Assembly (NCBI GenBank): GCA_964459695.1
Contig: CAYWNQ010000001.1
Span: forward strand, 1 to 47,991
DNA length: 47,991 nucleotides
Reading direction: 5' to 3'
Source of the DNA: an uncultured Halobacteriales archaeon
Lineage (GTDB): Archaea; Halobacteriota; Halobacteria; Halobacteriales; Haloarculaceae
Position 1 is the first letter of the stretch; each line of letters starts with the position of its first letter. Below are positions 24,347 through 32,155 of the stretch, piece by piece. The notes beneath the pieces were generated by a model that saw nothing but the letters and a program-made list of their open reading frames with translations, did no database searches and had not been told where the DNA came from. The position numbers and the translations under genes are program-made.

Positions 24347-25516
24347 TCAGCCGAGCACGTCGGCGTCGCGCATGAGGTCCAGCGTCGGTTCGAGGTCCGA
24401 CAGCTCCGAGAGGTCGACGTCCGGCTGGTTCAGCTGGTCGACGGTCGGGAGGTCGGCCGGCGGTGCGACGCCCGGGATCATCGGGTAGGCGAAGCTGACG
24501 GTGGTGAAGAACTCCTGGGCCTCCGCCGAGAGCAGGTGCCGGATGAACTGGTTGACGAGCTCGTCCTTCTCGGTGCCCTTGATGCGCAGCGCGCCGGCGA
24601 CGTTCACCAGCGCCCCGGCGTCGCCGCTGGTGAACGCCAGGTCCAGCGGTGCCGAGGGCCGGCTGTTCTTGACCCGGAGGGCGTAGTAGTGGTTCGCGAA
24701 GCCCGCGGCCAGCGTCCCGTCGGCGACCTGGTTCGAGACGACCCACTCGTCGGGGAACCGACGGGTGCCGGCCTCGCGCATCGAGACCAGCCACTCCCTG
24801 GTCGCCTCCTCGCCCTCGAGCAGCCGCATGGCCGTCACGAAGGACTTGAAGGCGCCGTAGGTCGGAGCCCAGCCCATCGTGCCGGCCAGCGCGTCGGTCT
24901 CCGGGAACGCCATCACGGTGTCGGGGACGTCGCCCTCGCTCAACCGGTCGGTGTTGTACGGGACGCTCCGCGCCCGGCCGGCGACGCCGACCCAGGCGCC
25001 GTCCGCCCCCCGGAACCCCTCCGGGACGGGCGAGACGACCTCCTGGGGGAGGGGCTCGTAGGCATCGTTGTCGGCCACGTAGCCCAGCGAGCTCGCGTCG
25101 ATGGACCAGAACACGTCGGCCTGGGGCCGCCCCGCGGAGACCTCCTCGACGACGGTCTGGGCCCACGACGACGAGGAGGCGCTGCTCGAGAAGACCTGGA
25201 ACTCGGGGTAGATCTCCTGGAGCATCTCCACGAACTGGAGGTAGATGCCGCCCTCGCCGCCGCCGATGTAGAGGTTCAGCGACCCCGAGAGGTCCGGGAG
25301 CTCCTCGATGGAGGTCCCGCCCGGCGCCGGGCGCCCCTCGACGAGCGCGGCCGAGCCCCGGAAGGAGCTCAGGGAAGGTATCTCCACGTTCTGGGCGGGG
25401 TCGTCGCCGTCGCCGCCACCGCCGAACAGGCCCGAGCAGCCGGCCAGGCCGGCCGTCGCACCCGCCGCTGCCGTCGTGAGAACCGTCCGCCGGTCGAATC
25501 GCGTGTGGTCGGTCAT
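24347..25516 (-). CDS. ABC transporter substrate-binding lipoprotein (family-1 SBP; iron(III)/thiamine/polyamine-like, substrate unresolved)
   Basis: The Tat leader plus lipobox is MTDHTRFDRRTVLTTAAAGATAGLAGC. A Gly/Asp linker and an SBP-like body follow. The stop lies 3 nt before the permease start. Confidence 0.88.
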   Translation of the reverse strand: MTDHTRFDRRTVLTTAAAGATAGLAGCSGLFGGGGDGDDPAQNVEIPSLSSFRGSAALVEGRPAPGGTSIEELPDLSGSLNLYIGGGEGGIYLQFVEMLQEIYPEFQVFSSSASSSSWAQTVVEEVSAGRPQADVFWSIDASSLGYVADNDAYEPLPQEVVSPVPEGFRGADGAWVGVAGRARSVPYNTDRLSEGDVPDTVMAFPETDALAGTMGWAPTYGAFKSFVTAMRLLEGEEATREWLVSMREAGTRRFPDEWVVSNQVADGTLAAGFANHYYALRVKNSRPSAPLDLAFTSGDAGALVNVAGALRIKGTEKDELVNQFIRHLLSAEAQEFFTTVSFAYPMIPGVAPPADLPTVDQLNQPDVDLSELSDLEPTLDLMRDADVLG

Positions 25517-25520
25517 TGTT

Positions 25521-25536
25521 TTTAGGGTTACCTAAA
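25521..25536. promoter_or_regulatory. TTTAGG-GTTA-CCTAAA palindrome upstream of the SBP gene
   Basis: A perfect 6+6 palindrome with a 4-nt spacer, located between the RGP-like stop (25561) and the SBP start (25516). Confidence 0.5.
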
Positions 25537-25560
25537 TCGACAAATGCGTTGTGGTTCGGG

Positions 25561-26784
25561 TCAGTCGTCGTCCGCGACGGCACGACGCCGGGTGGGGGTC
25601 GCCTCGACGGCCTCCAGGCACGCCAGCCAGTCGTGCATGTACTCCCCGCAGTGGGTGAGGAACGCGCCGTTGGCCCAGTCGCTCCAGTCGCCGGCGACCA
25701 GCTCGTCGGCGACGGCCTCGAGGACGGCTGCATACGCGTCGGCGTCGTCGCCGACGCCGTCGGACGGCTCCGCAGTCCGAGCGGCCCGTGGAACCTCCGG
25801 TTCCACGCCGTCGACGACGCGCCAGAGGTGCTCGTTGAGCTCCAGGCCCGGCGCCTCGTTCGTCAGGTCGTCGAACGTCGACCGGGGGGCCTTGTCGTGG
25901 CGACACAGCGGCGCGCCGTTGTGGATGCGCCTGCCGAGCACGTCGCAGGCGCGCTTGAGCACGACGCCCGACCAGATGTCGTCGAACCGGCCGACGTCCC
26001 ACCGGTTGTCGTCCATCGGGAACTGGTAGAACGCCGGGATGACCTCCCGCCGGAACGCCAGGTTCATCGAGCAGACGGTGAGGTAGTTGCCCCGCGCGGC
26101 CACGAAGTCCCCGTCGTAGTCCTCGGCGGTGGTCCGGGTGCGGGCCTGGCCCCGCAGGTCGCCGTCCATCAGGATGCGGACGGCGTCCAGGTCGGGGACG
26201 TTCGTCCAGAGGCCCTGGGAGGCGACGACCTCGCCCGGCGCCACCTCGACCGTCGTCGTCTCGACGGTCTCGTCCATCGCCGCGTAGGGGTAGCCCCGTG
26301 GGTAGAGCCCGTGGTCGTCGTGGTTCTGGTAGAGGACGTTGACCCAGTCCTCGTCGGAGGCCACGGCCTCGATCTCGCCCGCGAACGCGAGGTTGTCGTA
26401 GTGTGTGCCGAAGAAGTCGACGTCGTCGTGGGGCCGGGTGTCGTCGTCGAGGAAGACGACGTACTCGAAGGCGGGCTCGGCCCAGGCGTACAGCAGCCCG
26501 AAGCTGGTCTCGGCGTGGCTGGCCGCCGGCACGACGTGGTCGTACTCGGCGGCGCCGTGCTCGCGGAACCACGCCTCGCGGCGCGAGCCGTCGAACACCT
26601 CGCCCGAGACGCCCAGGTCGTCCAACATCGCGGCCATGGCGTCGACGTCACAGAAGTCCTCGGTCACCAGGACGACGTGGAGCCGGTCGACGTCGATCCC
26701 GTGGTCGCGTGCGTTGGCGACGTACTCCCTGACGCAGTCGTACTCGCGGACGGTCGGGACCACGACGCAGGTGTCGGCGTGCAT
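25561..26784 (-). CDS. reversibly-glycosylated-polypeptide (RGP) family protein, UDP-arabinopyranose-mutase-like (GT75-like)
   Basis: The RGP-family blocks seen are VVFLDDDTRP (DxD), GLYPRGYPY, SQGLWTNVPDLDA, TVCSMNLAFRREVIPAFY, GRFDDIWSGVVLKRACD and LCRHDKA. By memory these are collinear with plant RGP/UAM sequences. Confidence 0.8.
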   Translation of the reverse strand: MHADTCVVVPTVREYDCVREYVANARDHGIDVDRLHVVLVTEDFCDVDAMAAMLDDLGVSGEVFDGSRREAWFREHGAAEYDHVVPAASHAETSFGLLYAWAEPAFEYVVFLDDDTRPHDDVDFFGTHYDNLAFAGEIEAVASDEDWVNVLYQNHDDHGLYPRGYPYAAMDETVETTTVEVAPGEVVASQGLWTNVPDLDAVRILMDGDLRGQARTRTTAEDYDGDFVAARGNYLTVCSMNLAFRREVIPAFYQFPMDDNRWDVGRFDDIWSGVVLKRACDVLGRRIHNGAPLCRHDKAPRSTFDDLTNEAPGLELNEHLWRVVDGVEPEVPRAARTAEPSDGVGDDADAYAAVLEAVADELVAGDWSDWANGAFLTHCGEYMHDWLACLEAVEATPTRRRAVADDD

Positions 26785-26797
26785 TCGGCCGTAGATG

Positions 26798-26813
26798 TTT
26801 AGGGGGGCCTAAA
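26798..26813. promoter_or_regulatory. TTTAGG-GGGG-CCTAAA palindrome (TATA-like) upstream of the RGP-like gene
   Basis: A perfect 6+6 palindrome with a 4-nt spacer. The minus-strand TTTAGG half spans -29 to -24 relative to the ATG at 26784. Confidence 0.55.
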
Positions 26814-27076
26814 ACACTTGCGAACTTTCGGCCGACCGAAAACGGTGGGACACCCCCGACGGCCGACACGTCGAGGTACCATTAAGGGCGCGTCCGTGGT
26901 ACGGCCGACAGTTCGATGACATCCCCGCCCCACCCGAAGTCACTACGCGACACGGGGACGCCCGGTCCCCCGCCGGAGAACGGGTCCGCCACCGAATCTG
27001 CCCGGGACAGTCCGGGGACGCACCGCGGTCTGGGGGCCGCCCGCCGACGTGGGCCCCGGGGACGCGGGGCGCCGGC

Positions 27077-27826
27077 GTGACCATGCTCCTCGAGGACAAG
27101 ACCTGCGTGGTCACGGGCGCGTCGCGGGGCATCGGCCGGGCCATCGCCGAGGAGTTCGGCGACCACGGTGCCGACGTCGTCGTCAACTACCGCACCTCCG
27201 AGGGGCTGGCCCACGAGGTGGCAGACGCCATCGAGGACGGTCCCGGGCGGGCGGTGCCCGTCCAGGCCGACGTCTCCGACCCCGAGGCGGTCGCGGCGAT
27301 GGCCGAGACGACCCACGAGGCGTTCGGCCCCGCCGACGTGCTGGTCAACAACGCCGGGCTCACCATCGACAAGAAGTTCGAGAACATGACCCGCGACGAC
27401 TGGGAGACGGTGATGGAGGTCAACCTCGGCGGCGTGTTCAACGCGACGAAGGCGTACTTCGAGGACATCAAGCGCTCCGAAGCCGGCCGGCTCGTCAACA
27501 TCTCCTCGGTGGTCGGCCAGCAGGGCAACTACGGCCAGGCCAACTACGCCACCACGAAGTCCGGCCTGTTCGGGTTCACCAGGACCATTGCGCTGGAGCT
27601 GGCCTCGACCGGGTCGACGGCCAACTGCGTCGCCCCAGGATTCGTCGAGACCGACATGCTCGAGGAGGTGCCCGAGCGGGTCAAGGAGAAGATCCTCCGG
27701 CGCATCCCGCTCGACCGGTTCGCGACGACCGACGACGTCGCGGGCATCGTCCGGTTCATCGCCAGCGACGACGCCGCCTACATGACGGGGCAGATCCTGG
27801 CGGTCAACGGCGGCATGGAGTGGTGA
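27077..27826 (+). CDS. fabG: 3-oxoacyl-[ACP]/acetoacetyl-CoA reductase (SDR; FabG/PhaB-like)
   Basis: TGASRGIGRAIA (cofactor site), NNAG and S..Y..xK (SSVVGQQGNYGQANYATTKSG) are classical SDR motifs. An ATG alternative start lies at 27083. Confidence 0.9.
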   Translation: MTMLLEDKTCVVTGASRGIGRAIAEEFGDHGADVVVNYRTSEGLAHEVADAIEDGPGRAVPVQADVSDPEAVAAMAETTHEAFGPADVLVNNAGLTIDKKFENMTRDDWETVMEVNLGGVFNATKAYFEDIKRSEAGRLVNISSVVGQQGNYGQANYATTKSGLFGFTRTIALELASTGSTANCVAPGFVETDMLEEVPERVKEKILRRIPLDRFATTDDVAGIVRFIASDDAAYMTGQILAVNGGMEW

Positions 27827-27884
27827 CCGGTCGGGACCCGGCCGCTGCACAAGAGTTACCACCGCCTGCGGCGAGGGCAGTGAC

Positions 27885-29042
27885 ATGCGCGACGTCGCCA
27901 TCGTGGGCGCCTCGATGACGCAGTTCGGCCAGCGCGAGGCGTGGGTGCTGGAGCTGCTCGCCGAGGCGGGCCGGGCCTGCCTCGACGACGCCGGGGCGAC
28001 CCCCGACGAGGTCGAGCACTGCTACGTCGCAAACATGGCCAGCGGCGAGTTCGAGGGCCAGACCGGCGTGCCCAACGCGCTGGTCCACGACCTGGGTGCG
28101 ATGCCCGCCTACGCCCAGCGCGTCGACCAGACCTCCGCGTCGGGCGGCGCCGGCACCTACGCCGCCTGGCAGTCGGTCGCCTCCGGGGCCAGCGACGCGA
28201 CGCTGCTGGTGGGCGGCGAGAAGATGACCCACCGCACCACCGGCGAGGCCACCGACGTCATCGCCTCGCTGACCCACCCCGTCGAGTACAAGCACGGCGT
28301 CACCCTGCCGTCGTTCGCCGGGCTCACGGCGCGGCTGTACCTCGACCGGTTCGACGCCCCCCGGGAGTCGCTGGCGAAGGTCGCCGTCAAGAACCACGCC
28401 AACGGCGTCCACAACCCCCACGCCCAGTTCCGCACGGAGGTCGACGTCGAGACCGTCCTCTCCTCGCCGGTGGTCGCCGACCCGCTCCGGCTGTACGACT
28501 TCTGTCCCATCACCGACGGCTCGGCGGCGCTGCTGTTCGTCCCCGCCGACGCCGCCGGGTCCTACGCCGGCCCCCACGCCCGGGTCGCCGGCGTCGCCGG
28601 CGCCACCGACACCCACGTCGTCCACGAGCGCGCCGACCCGACGACCATGCGCGGTGTCGTCGAGTCCGGCCGGGCGGCCTACGAGCGGGCCGGCATCGGC
28701 CCGGAGGAGGTGGACGTCGCGGAGCTCCACGACATGTTCACCATCCTGGAGCTCCTCCAGATGGAGGGCCTGGCCCTCGCCGAGACCGGTCGCGCCTGGG
28801 AGCGCGTCGAGGCCGGCGAGACCGACCTCGACGGCGACCTCCCCGTCAACACCTCCGGCGGGCTGAAGAGCAAGGGCCACCCGCTCGGGGCCTCCGGCGT
28901 CGCGCAGGTCCACGAGATCTACCGCCAGCTCACCGGCGAGGCCGGCGACCGCCAGGTCGACGCCGACGTCGGGCTGGCGTGCAACGTGGGCGGGTTCGGC
29001 AACTGCGTCACCACGACGGTGCTGGAGGGGGTGGCGGCGTGA
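27885..29042 (+). CDS. thiolase (acetyl-CoA acetyltransferase / beta-ketothiolase catalytic subunit, archaeal SCP-x type)
   Basis: MRDVAIVGASMTQFG..QTSASGGAG..LYDFCPITDGSAALLF..NTSGGLKSKGHPLGASG..NVGGFG follows the thiolase block order. Confidence 0.9.
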   Translation: MRDVAIVGASMTQFGQREAWVLELLAEAGRACLDDAGATPDEVEHCYVANMASGEFEGQTGVPNALVHDLGAMPAYAQRVDQTSASGGAGTYAAWQSVASGASDATLLVGGEKMTHRTTGEATDVIASLTHPVEYKHGVTLPSFAGLTARLYLDRFDAPRESLAKVAVKNHANGVHNPHAQFRTEVDVETVLSSPVVADPLRLYDFCPITDGSAALLFVPADAAGSYAGPHARVAGVAGATDTHVVHERADPTTMRGVVESGRAAYERAGIGPEEVDVAELHDMFTILELLQMEGLALAETGRAWERVEAGETDLDGDLPVNTSGGLKSKGHPLGASGVAQVHEIYRQLTGEAGDRQVDADVGLACNVGGFGNCVTTTVLEGVAA

Positions 29043-29404
29043 GCCTCGAGGCCCACCGGTGTCCGTCGGGCCACCTCACCTATCCGGCCCACCCGGTCTG
29101 CCCGGACTGTGGCGCCGACCAGACCGGGACGGTCGACCTGACCGACCGGACGGCCACCGTCGTGACCTGGACCACCTCGACGGCGACCCCGCCGGGCGTC
29201 CGCGAGCCGAACCACCTGGCCATCGTGGCGTTCGAGGTCGACGGCACCACGGTCCGGGCCCTCGGCCAGCTCACCACCGGCGACGTGGCGATCGGCGACG
29301 AGGTCGAGCCGACCTACGTGGCCGAGCTCCGCGAGCCGGGCGCCGGCATCCGCCACCCGGACAGCCAGGCCTGGGACGGCTACCGGTTCGCCCCCGTCGA
29401 GTAG
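29039..29404 (+). CDS. Zn-ribbon + OB-fold (DUF35) thiolase partner subunit
   Basis: The GTG start overlaps the thiolase stop (GTGA 29039-29042). The Zn ribbon is CPSGHLTYPAHPVCPDCG and an OB-fold-like C-terminus follows. The ORF lies in frame inside the track ORF 27941-29404. Confidence 0.85.
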   Translation: MSLEAHRCPSGHLTYPAHPVCPDCGADQTGTVDLTDRTATVVTWTTSTATPPGVREPNHLAIVAFEVDGTTVRALGQLTTGDVAIGDEVEPTYVAELREPGAGIRHPDSQAWDGYRFAPVE

Positions 29405-29465
29405 CGAGGCGTGGCGCGTGGGCGCAAGATTATTGTACGTCCGGTTCTCCGTATGAAAGAAGACG

Positions 29466-30119
29466 ATGGACGGACACCCGGACGAGGAACTGTTCCCCCA
29501 GGCACTGGCGGGGCTGAAGCGACGGGGGAGCAGTCTCCTCGTCGTGGGCGGCGCGGCGGGCGACGGCCAGCTCGCGGCCTGCGGCCGGCTGCTCGGCTCG
29601 ACGGCGGCGGACCGCGAGCGCCTGCTGGTCTGCACCGGCGAGGGCGACCACCTGGACGAGCGGGTCGAGGCGGTCGAGGCGAGGAGCGTCCACGTGCTGG
29701 ACGCCGGCAACTGCACGCGGAGCACCGCGACCCGGACCGGGGCGCCGGTGCCCCCTTCGACCGCCGACGTGCCGGACGGGGACCTGGACGCGCTCCGCGC
29801 GGCGACCGTCGCGGAGATCGAGTCCCGCGGCGACCTCGAGTCGGGACGGCTCCGGGTCTGCGTCGACACGCTGGCGCCGCTGCTCGAGGCCCACGGACGG
29901 GCCGACGTCACCGGCTTCCTGCAGTCGGTGACCAGTGAGGTCGGCGACGCCAGCGGGATCGGTCACGTCCACCTCCCGGTCGACCGGGACGACGCGGTGG
30001 TCCAGACGCTGGCGCCGCTGTTCGACGCGGTGCTCGAGGTCCGGACCGAGGGGGGCGAGCACAGCCACCGGTGGCACCTCCGGGACCCGGAGCTGACCAC
30101 CGACTGGCTCGCGCTCTGA
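29466..30119 (+). CDS. conserved haloarchaeal hypothetical protein (degenerate RecA/KaiC-like pattern)
   Basis: 217-aa acidic ORF with good GC3. SLLVVGGAAGDGQLAACGRLL sits where a P-loop would be, but no GK[ST] is present. A TATA-like aagattattgta lies ~30 nt upstream. Confidence 0.6.
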   Translation: MDGHPDEELFPQALAGLKRRGSSLLVVGGAAGDGQLAACGRLLGSTAADRERLLVCTGEGDHLDERVEAVEARSVHVLDAGNCTRSTATRTGAPVPPSTADVPDGDLDALRAATVAEIESRGDLESGRLRVCVDTLAPLLEAHGRADVTGFLQSVTSEVGDASGIGHVHLPVDRDDAVVQTLAPLFDAVLEVRTEGGEHSHRWHLRDPELTTDWLAL

Positions 30120-30177
30120 GCCGGAGCGATTTAGGCCGACCAAAACCCTTATCTCCGAGGGGTGCCGCCATCCGACG

Positions 30178-30330
30178 ATGGCAGTCCACCGGCAGCGCGA
30201 CGGGGCGTCGGTCGACGGCGAGCCGACCATCGCGGTCCACGGCACCTCGCCGGACCGCGCGGTCTTCACGGAGTCCGGCAACCCCGACGGGTGGATCGCG
30301 ACGGACCTGACGGTGCGGCTGGAGCGGTAG
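30178..30330 (+). CDS. 50-aa conserved-looking small protein (not in the ORF track)
   Basis: MAVHRQRDGASVDGEPTIAVHGTSPDRAVFTESGNPDGWIATDLTVRLER. Almost every third position is G/C. A TATA-like cccttatct lies 24-32 nt upstream. Confidence 0.5.
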   Translation: MAVHRQRDGASVDGEPTIAVHGTSPDRAVFTESGNPDGWIATDLTVRLER

Positions 30331-30368
30331 CGGAGACGGGAGATTCCGAATTTCTCGCGGCCGCGGTC

Positions 30369-30917
30369 CTACTCCATCGCGTCCTCGACGACGAGGGTGT
30401 CGTCCTCGAGGTAGTGCTCGAAGTGGTGGGCGTGCTCCTCGACGTCCTCGAGCACGTCCCGCAGCAGTTCGCTGGTGGCGTAGTCGCCGAGGTCCTCGGC
30501 CAGCGCGACGTGGTCGCGCAGCGTCTCGATGATGTCGCCGAACATCGCCATGTCGTTGGCCAGCGACGTCCGGATGTCGTAGACGTCGTCGTCCTCGGGC
30601 TCGACGGGCGCTTGGGCCGACAGCGCGTCCATGCCGGCGGTGGGGACGCCGCCCAGCGCCTGGGCGCGCTCGGCGATGGCGTCGGCGCCCTCCTCGAGGT
30701 CCGCGGCGACCTCGCCGAGGTACTCGTGGATGCCGAGGAACTCCGCGCCCTCGACGTTCCAGTGGTGCTTCTTCACCTGGTGGTACGCGACGTAGGTCGC
30801 CGCGAGGTCGGTGTTGAGCGCGTCGATGATCTGCTCGGCCTTCTCCGCGTCGAGCCGGAGGGCCTCGCTCTCCTCGACCTCGCCGGGACGCTGACGGACG
30901 GTCTTCTGGGTGCTCAT
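30369..30917 (-). CDS. dps: DNA starvation/stationary-phase protection protein (Dps, ferritin-like)
   Basis: MSTQKTVRQRPGEVEESEALRLD..TYVAYHQVKKHHWNVEGAEFLGIHEYLGE..HHFEHYLEDD. The Dps ferroxidase-site His/Asp/Glu pattern is present. The start is ATG comp. 30915-30917, in frame in ORF 30369-31268. Confidence 0.92.
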   Translation of the reverse strand: MSTQKTVRQRPGEVEESEALRLDAEKAEQIIDALNTDLAATYVAYHQVKKHHWNVEGAEFLGIHEYLGEVAADLEEGADAIAERAQALGGVPTAGMDALSAQAPVEPEDDDVYDIRTSLANDMAMFGDIIETLRDHVALAEDLGDYATSELLRDVLEDVEEHAHHFEHYLEDDTLVVEDAME

Positions 30918-30961
30918 TGCGTACGGGAATTGGGCGGGCTCGCACTTAAAACTTTGTGCCA

Positions 30962-30985
30962 CGAGAACAGAAGTTCCGTTTCTCG
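30962..30985. promoter_or_regulatory. imperfect palindrome cgagaa-N12-ttctcg in the dps promoter
   Basis: cgagaacagaagttccgtttctcg has perfect 6-bp outer arms. It lies 45-68 nt upstream of the dps ATG, next to a TATA-like aaagttttaag (reverse strand). Confidence 0.35.
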
Positions 30986-30988
30986 AAA

Positions 30989-31774
30989 TTATTTTTCGGT
31001 GTTCCCGTCGAAGATGCCGACGCGGGCCCGCGTCTCGTCGAACTCTCCGGGGTCTAAGTCGACGACGAGGTCCTGCTCGCCGGTGGCGAGCGCGGCCTTC
31101 ACGCTGCCGTCCGGCCGGGCGACCAGCGACCGGCCGGCGTAGGTCGTCGGCGTCGCGTCGGGGAGGTCCCGGCGACCGGTGCGGCCGGCGGCGACGGCCC
31201 ACCGCGCGCCGTCCAGCGCCCGGGCGCGGACGAGCAGTCGCCAGTTGGTCGCGTGGGCCGCCGGCCACGCGCCGAGCACCAGCAGGGCGTCGACCCGGTC
31301 CGCGGTGAAGGCCGCCGACTCGGCGACGAAGTTGAGGTCGTAGCAGGTGACGACGCCGGCCCGGCCGACGGGCGTGTCCACGACGACCCGCTCGTCGCCC
31401 GGCGCGAGCAGGTCGCGCTCGCCGCCCCAGAGGTGGCGCTTGCGGTAGGTCGTCGTCGTCGCGCCGTCGCTCTCGACGTACAGCGCGGCGTTGTGGAGGT
31501 CCTCGCCCGCCCGGGTCACCGCCCCGACCAGGAGGTCCAGCCCCTCGTCGGCGGCCAGGTCGCGCAGGCGGGCCACCGCCGGCCCGTCGGGGTCGACGGC
31601 GGCGCCGCGGACGCGCCCGTCGGCGACGAAGCCGGTCAGCGCCAGCTCGGGGAACACCGCCAGGTCGACCCGGTCGGGCAGGCCCCTCGCGCGGTCGGCG
31701 ACCGCGGCGAGGTTGCGCTCGACGTCGAGGTCCGCGACCGAGAGCTGGCAGGCGGCGACGGTGGCGGCGTCCAT
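30989..31774 (-). CDS. carbon-nitrogen hydrolase (nitrilase superfamily)
   Basis: The start is MDAATVAACQLSVADLDVERN.. The family blocks are FPELALTGF (Glu), YRKRHLW (Lys) and GVVTCYDLNF (Cys). The start is ATG comp. 31772-31774. Confidence 0.85.
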   Translation of the reverse strand: MDAATVAACQLSVADLDVERNLAAVADRARGLPDRVDLAVFPELALTGFVADGRVRGAAVDPDGPAVARLRDLAADEGLDLLVGAVTRAGEDLHNAALYVESDGATTTTYRKRHLWGGERDLLAPGDERVVVDTPVGRAGVVTCYDLNFVAESAAFTADRVDALLVLGAWPAAHATNWRLLVRARALDGARWAVAAGRTGRRDLPDATPTTYAGRSLVARPDGSVKAALATGEQDLVVDLDPGEFDETRARVGIFDGNTEK

Positions 31775-31852
31775 GGCGGGAGCCGGGGCGGCCCGGCCTT
31801 CACGGTTCCGGCGACCGAAAGGCACGTGGCGCTACGGCGACCGGTTGCAGCC

Positions 31853-32155
31853 ATGGACGCCCAGGACCGCGTGGCGCGGTTCGTCGCCGCGAACGACCTG
31901 GAGGCCGACCCTGCGTACCGACTGCTCGACCTGACCGCGGAGGTCGGCGAACTGGCCGCCGACGCGACGGCGTCGTCCGGCTACGGCGCCCGCCCGGCGG
32001 ACCTCGCGGTGGCCGAGGACGAGCTCGGCGATGCGCTGTTCGCGCTGCTGGCGCTCGCCGAGTCGCTGGACGTCGACGCCGGGGCCGCGCTGGAGACGTC
32101 GCTGGCGAAGTACGAGGCACGCATCGACGACCGGGGCGACCCCGGGAGTCAGTAG
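31853..32155 (+). CDS. MazG-like nucleotide pyrophosphohydrolase domain protein
   Basis: 100-aa all-helical ORF with the E-x-x-E..D pattern (LTAEVGELAAD..AEDELGDALFALLALAE). Confidence 0.8.
   Translation: MDAQDRVARFVAANDLEADPAYRLLDLTAEVGELAADATASSGYGARPADLAVAEDELGDALFALLALAESLDVDAGAALETSLAKYEARIDDRGDPGSQ

Noticed and set aside
22638-25733. 1031-aa reverse-strand ORF overlapping the permease and SBP genes. The same applies to 20566-22425 (-), 20673-22187 (+), 23321-25525 (+) and 18797-20908 (+).
   Set aside because: This is the same shadow-ORF signature (RRRPGRP-type composition). The alternative frames encode recognisable ABC and GT-C proteins.
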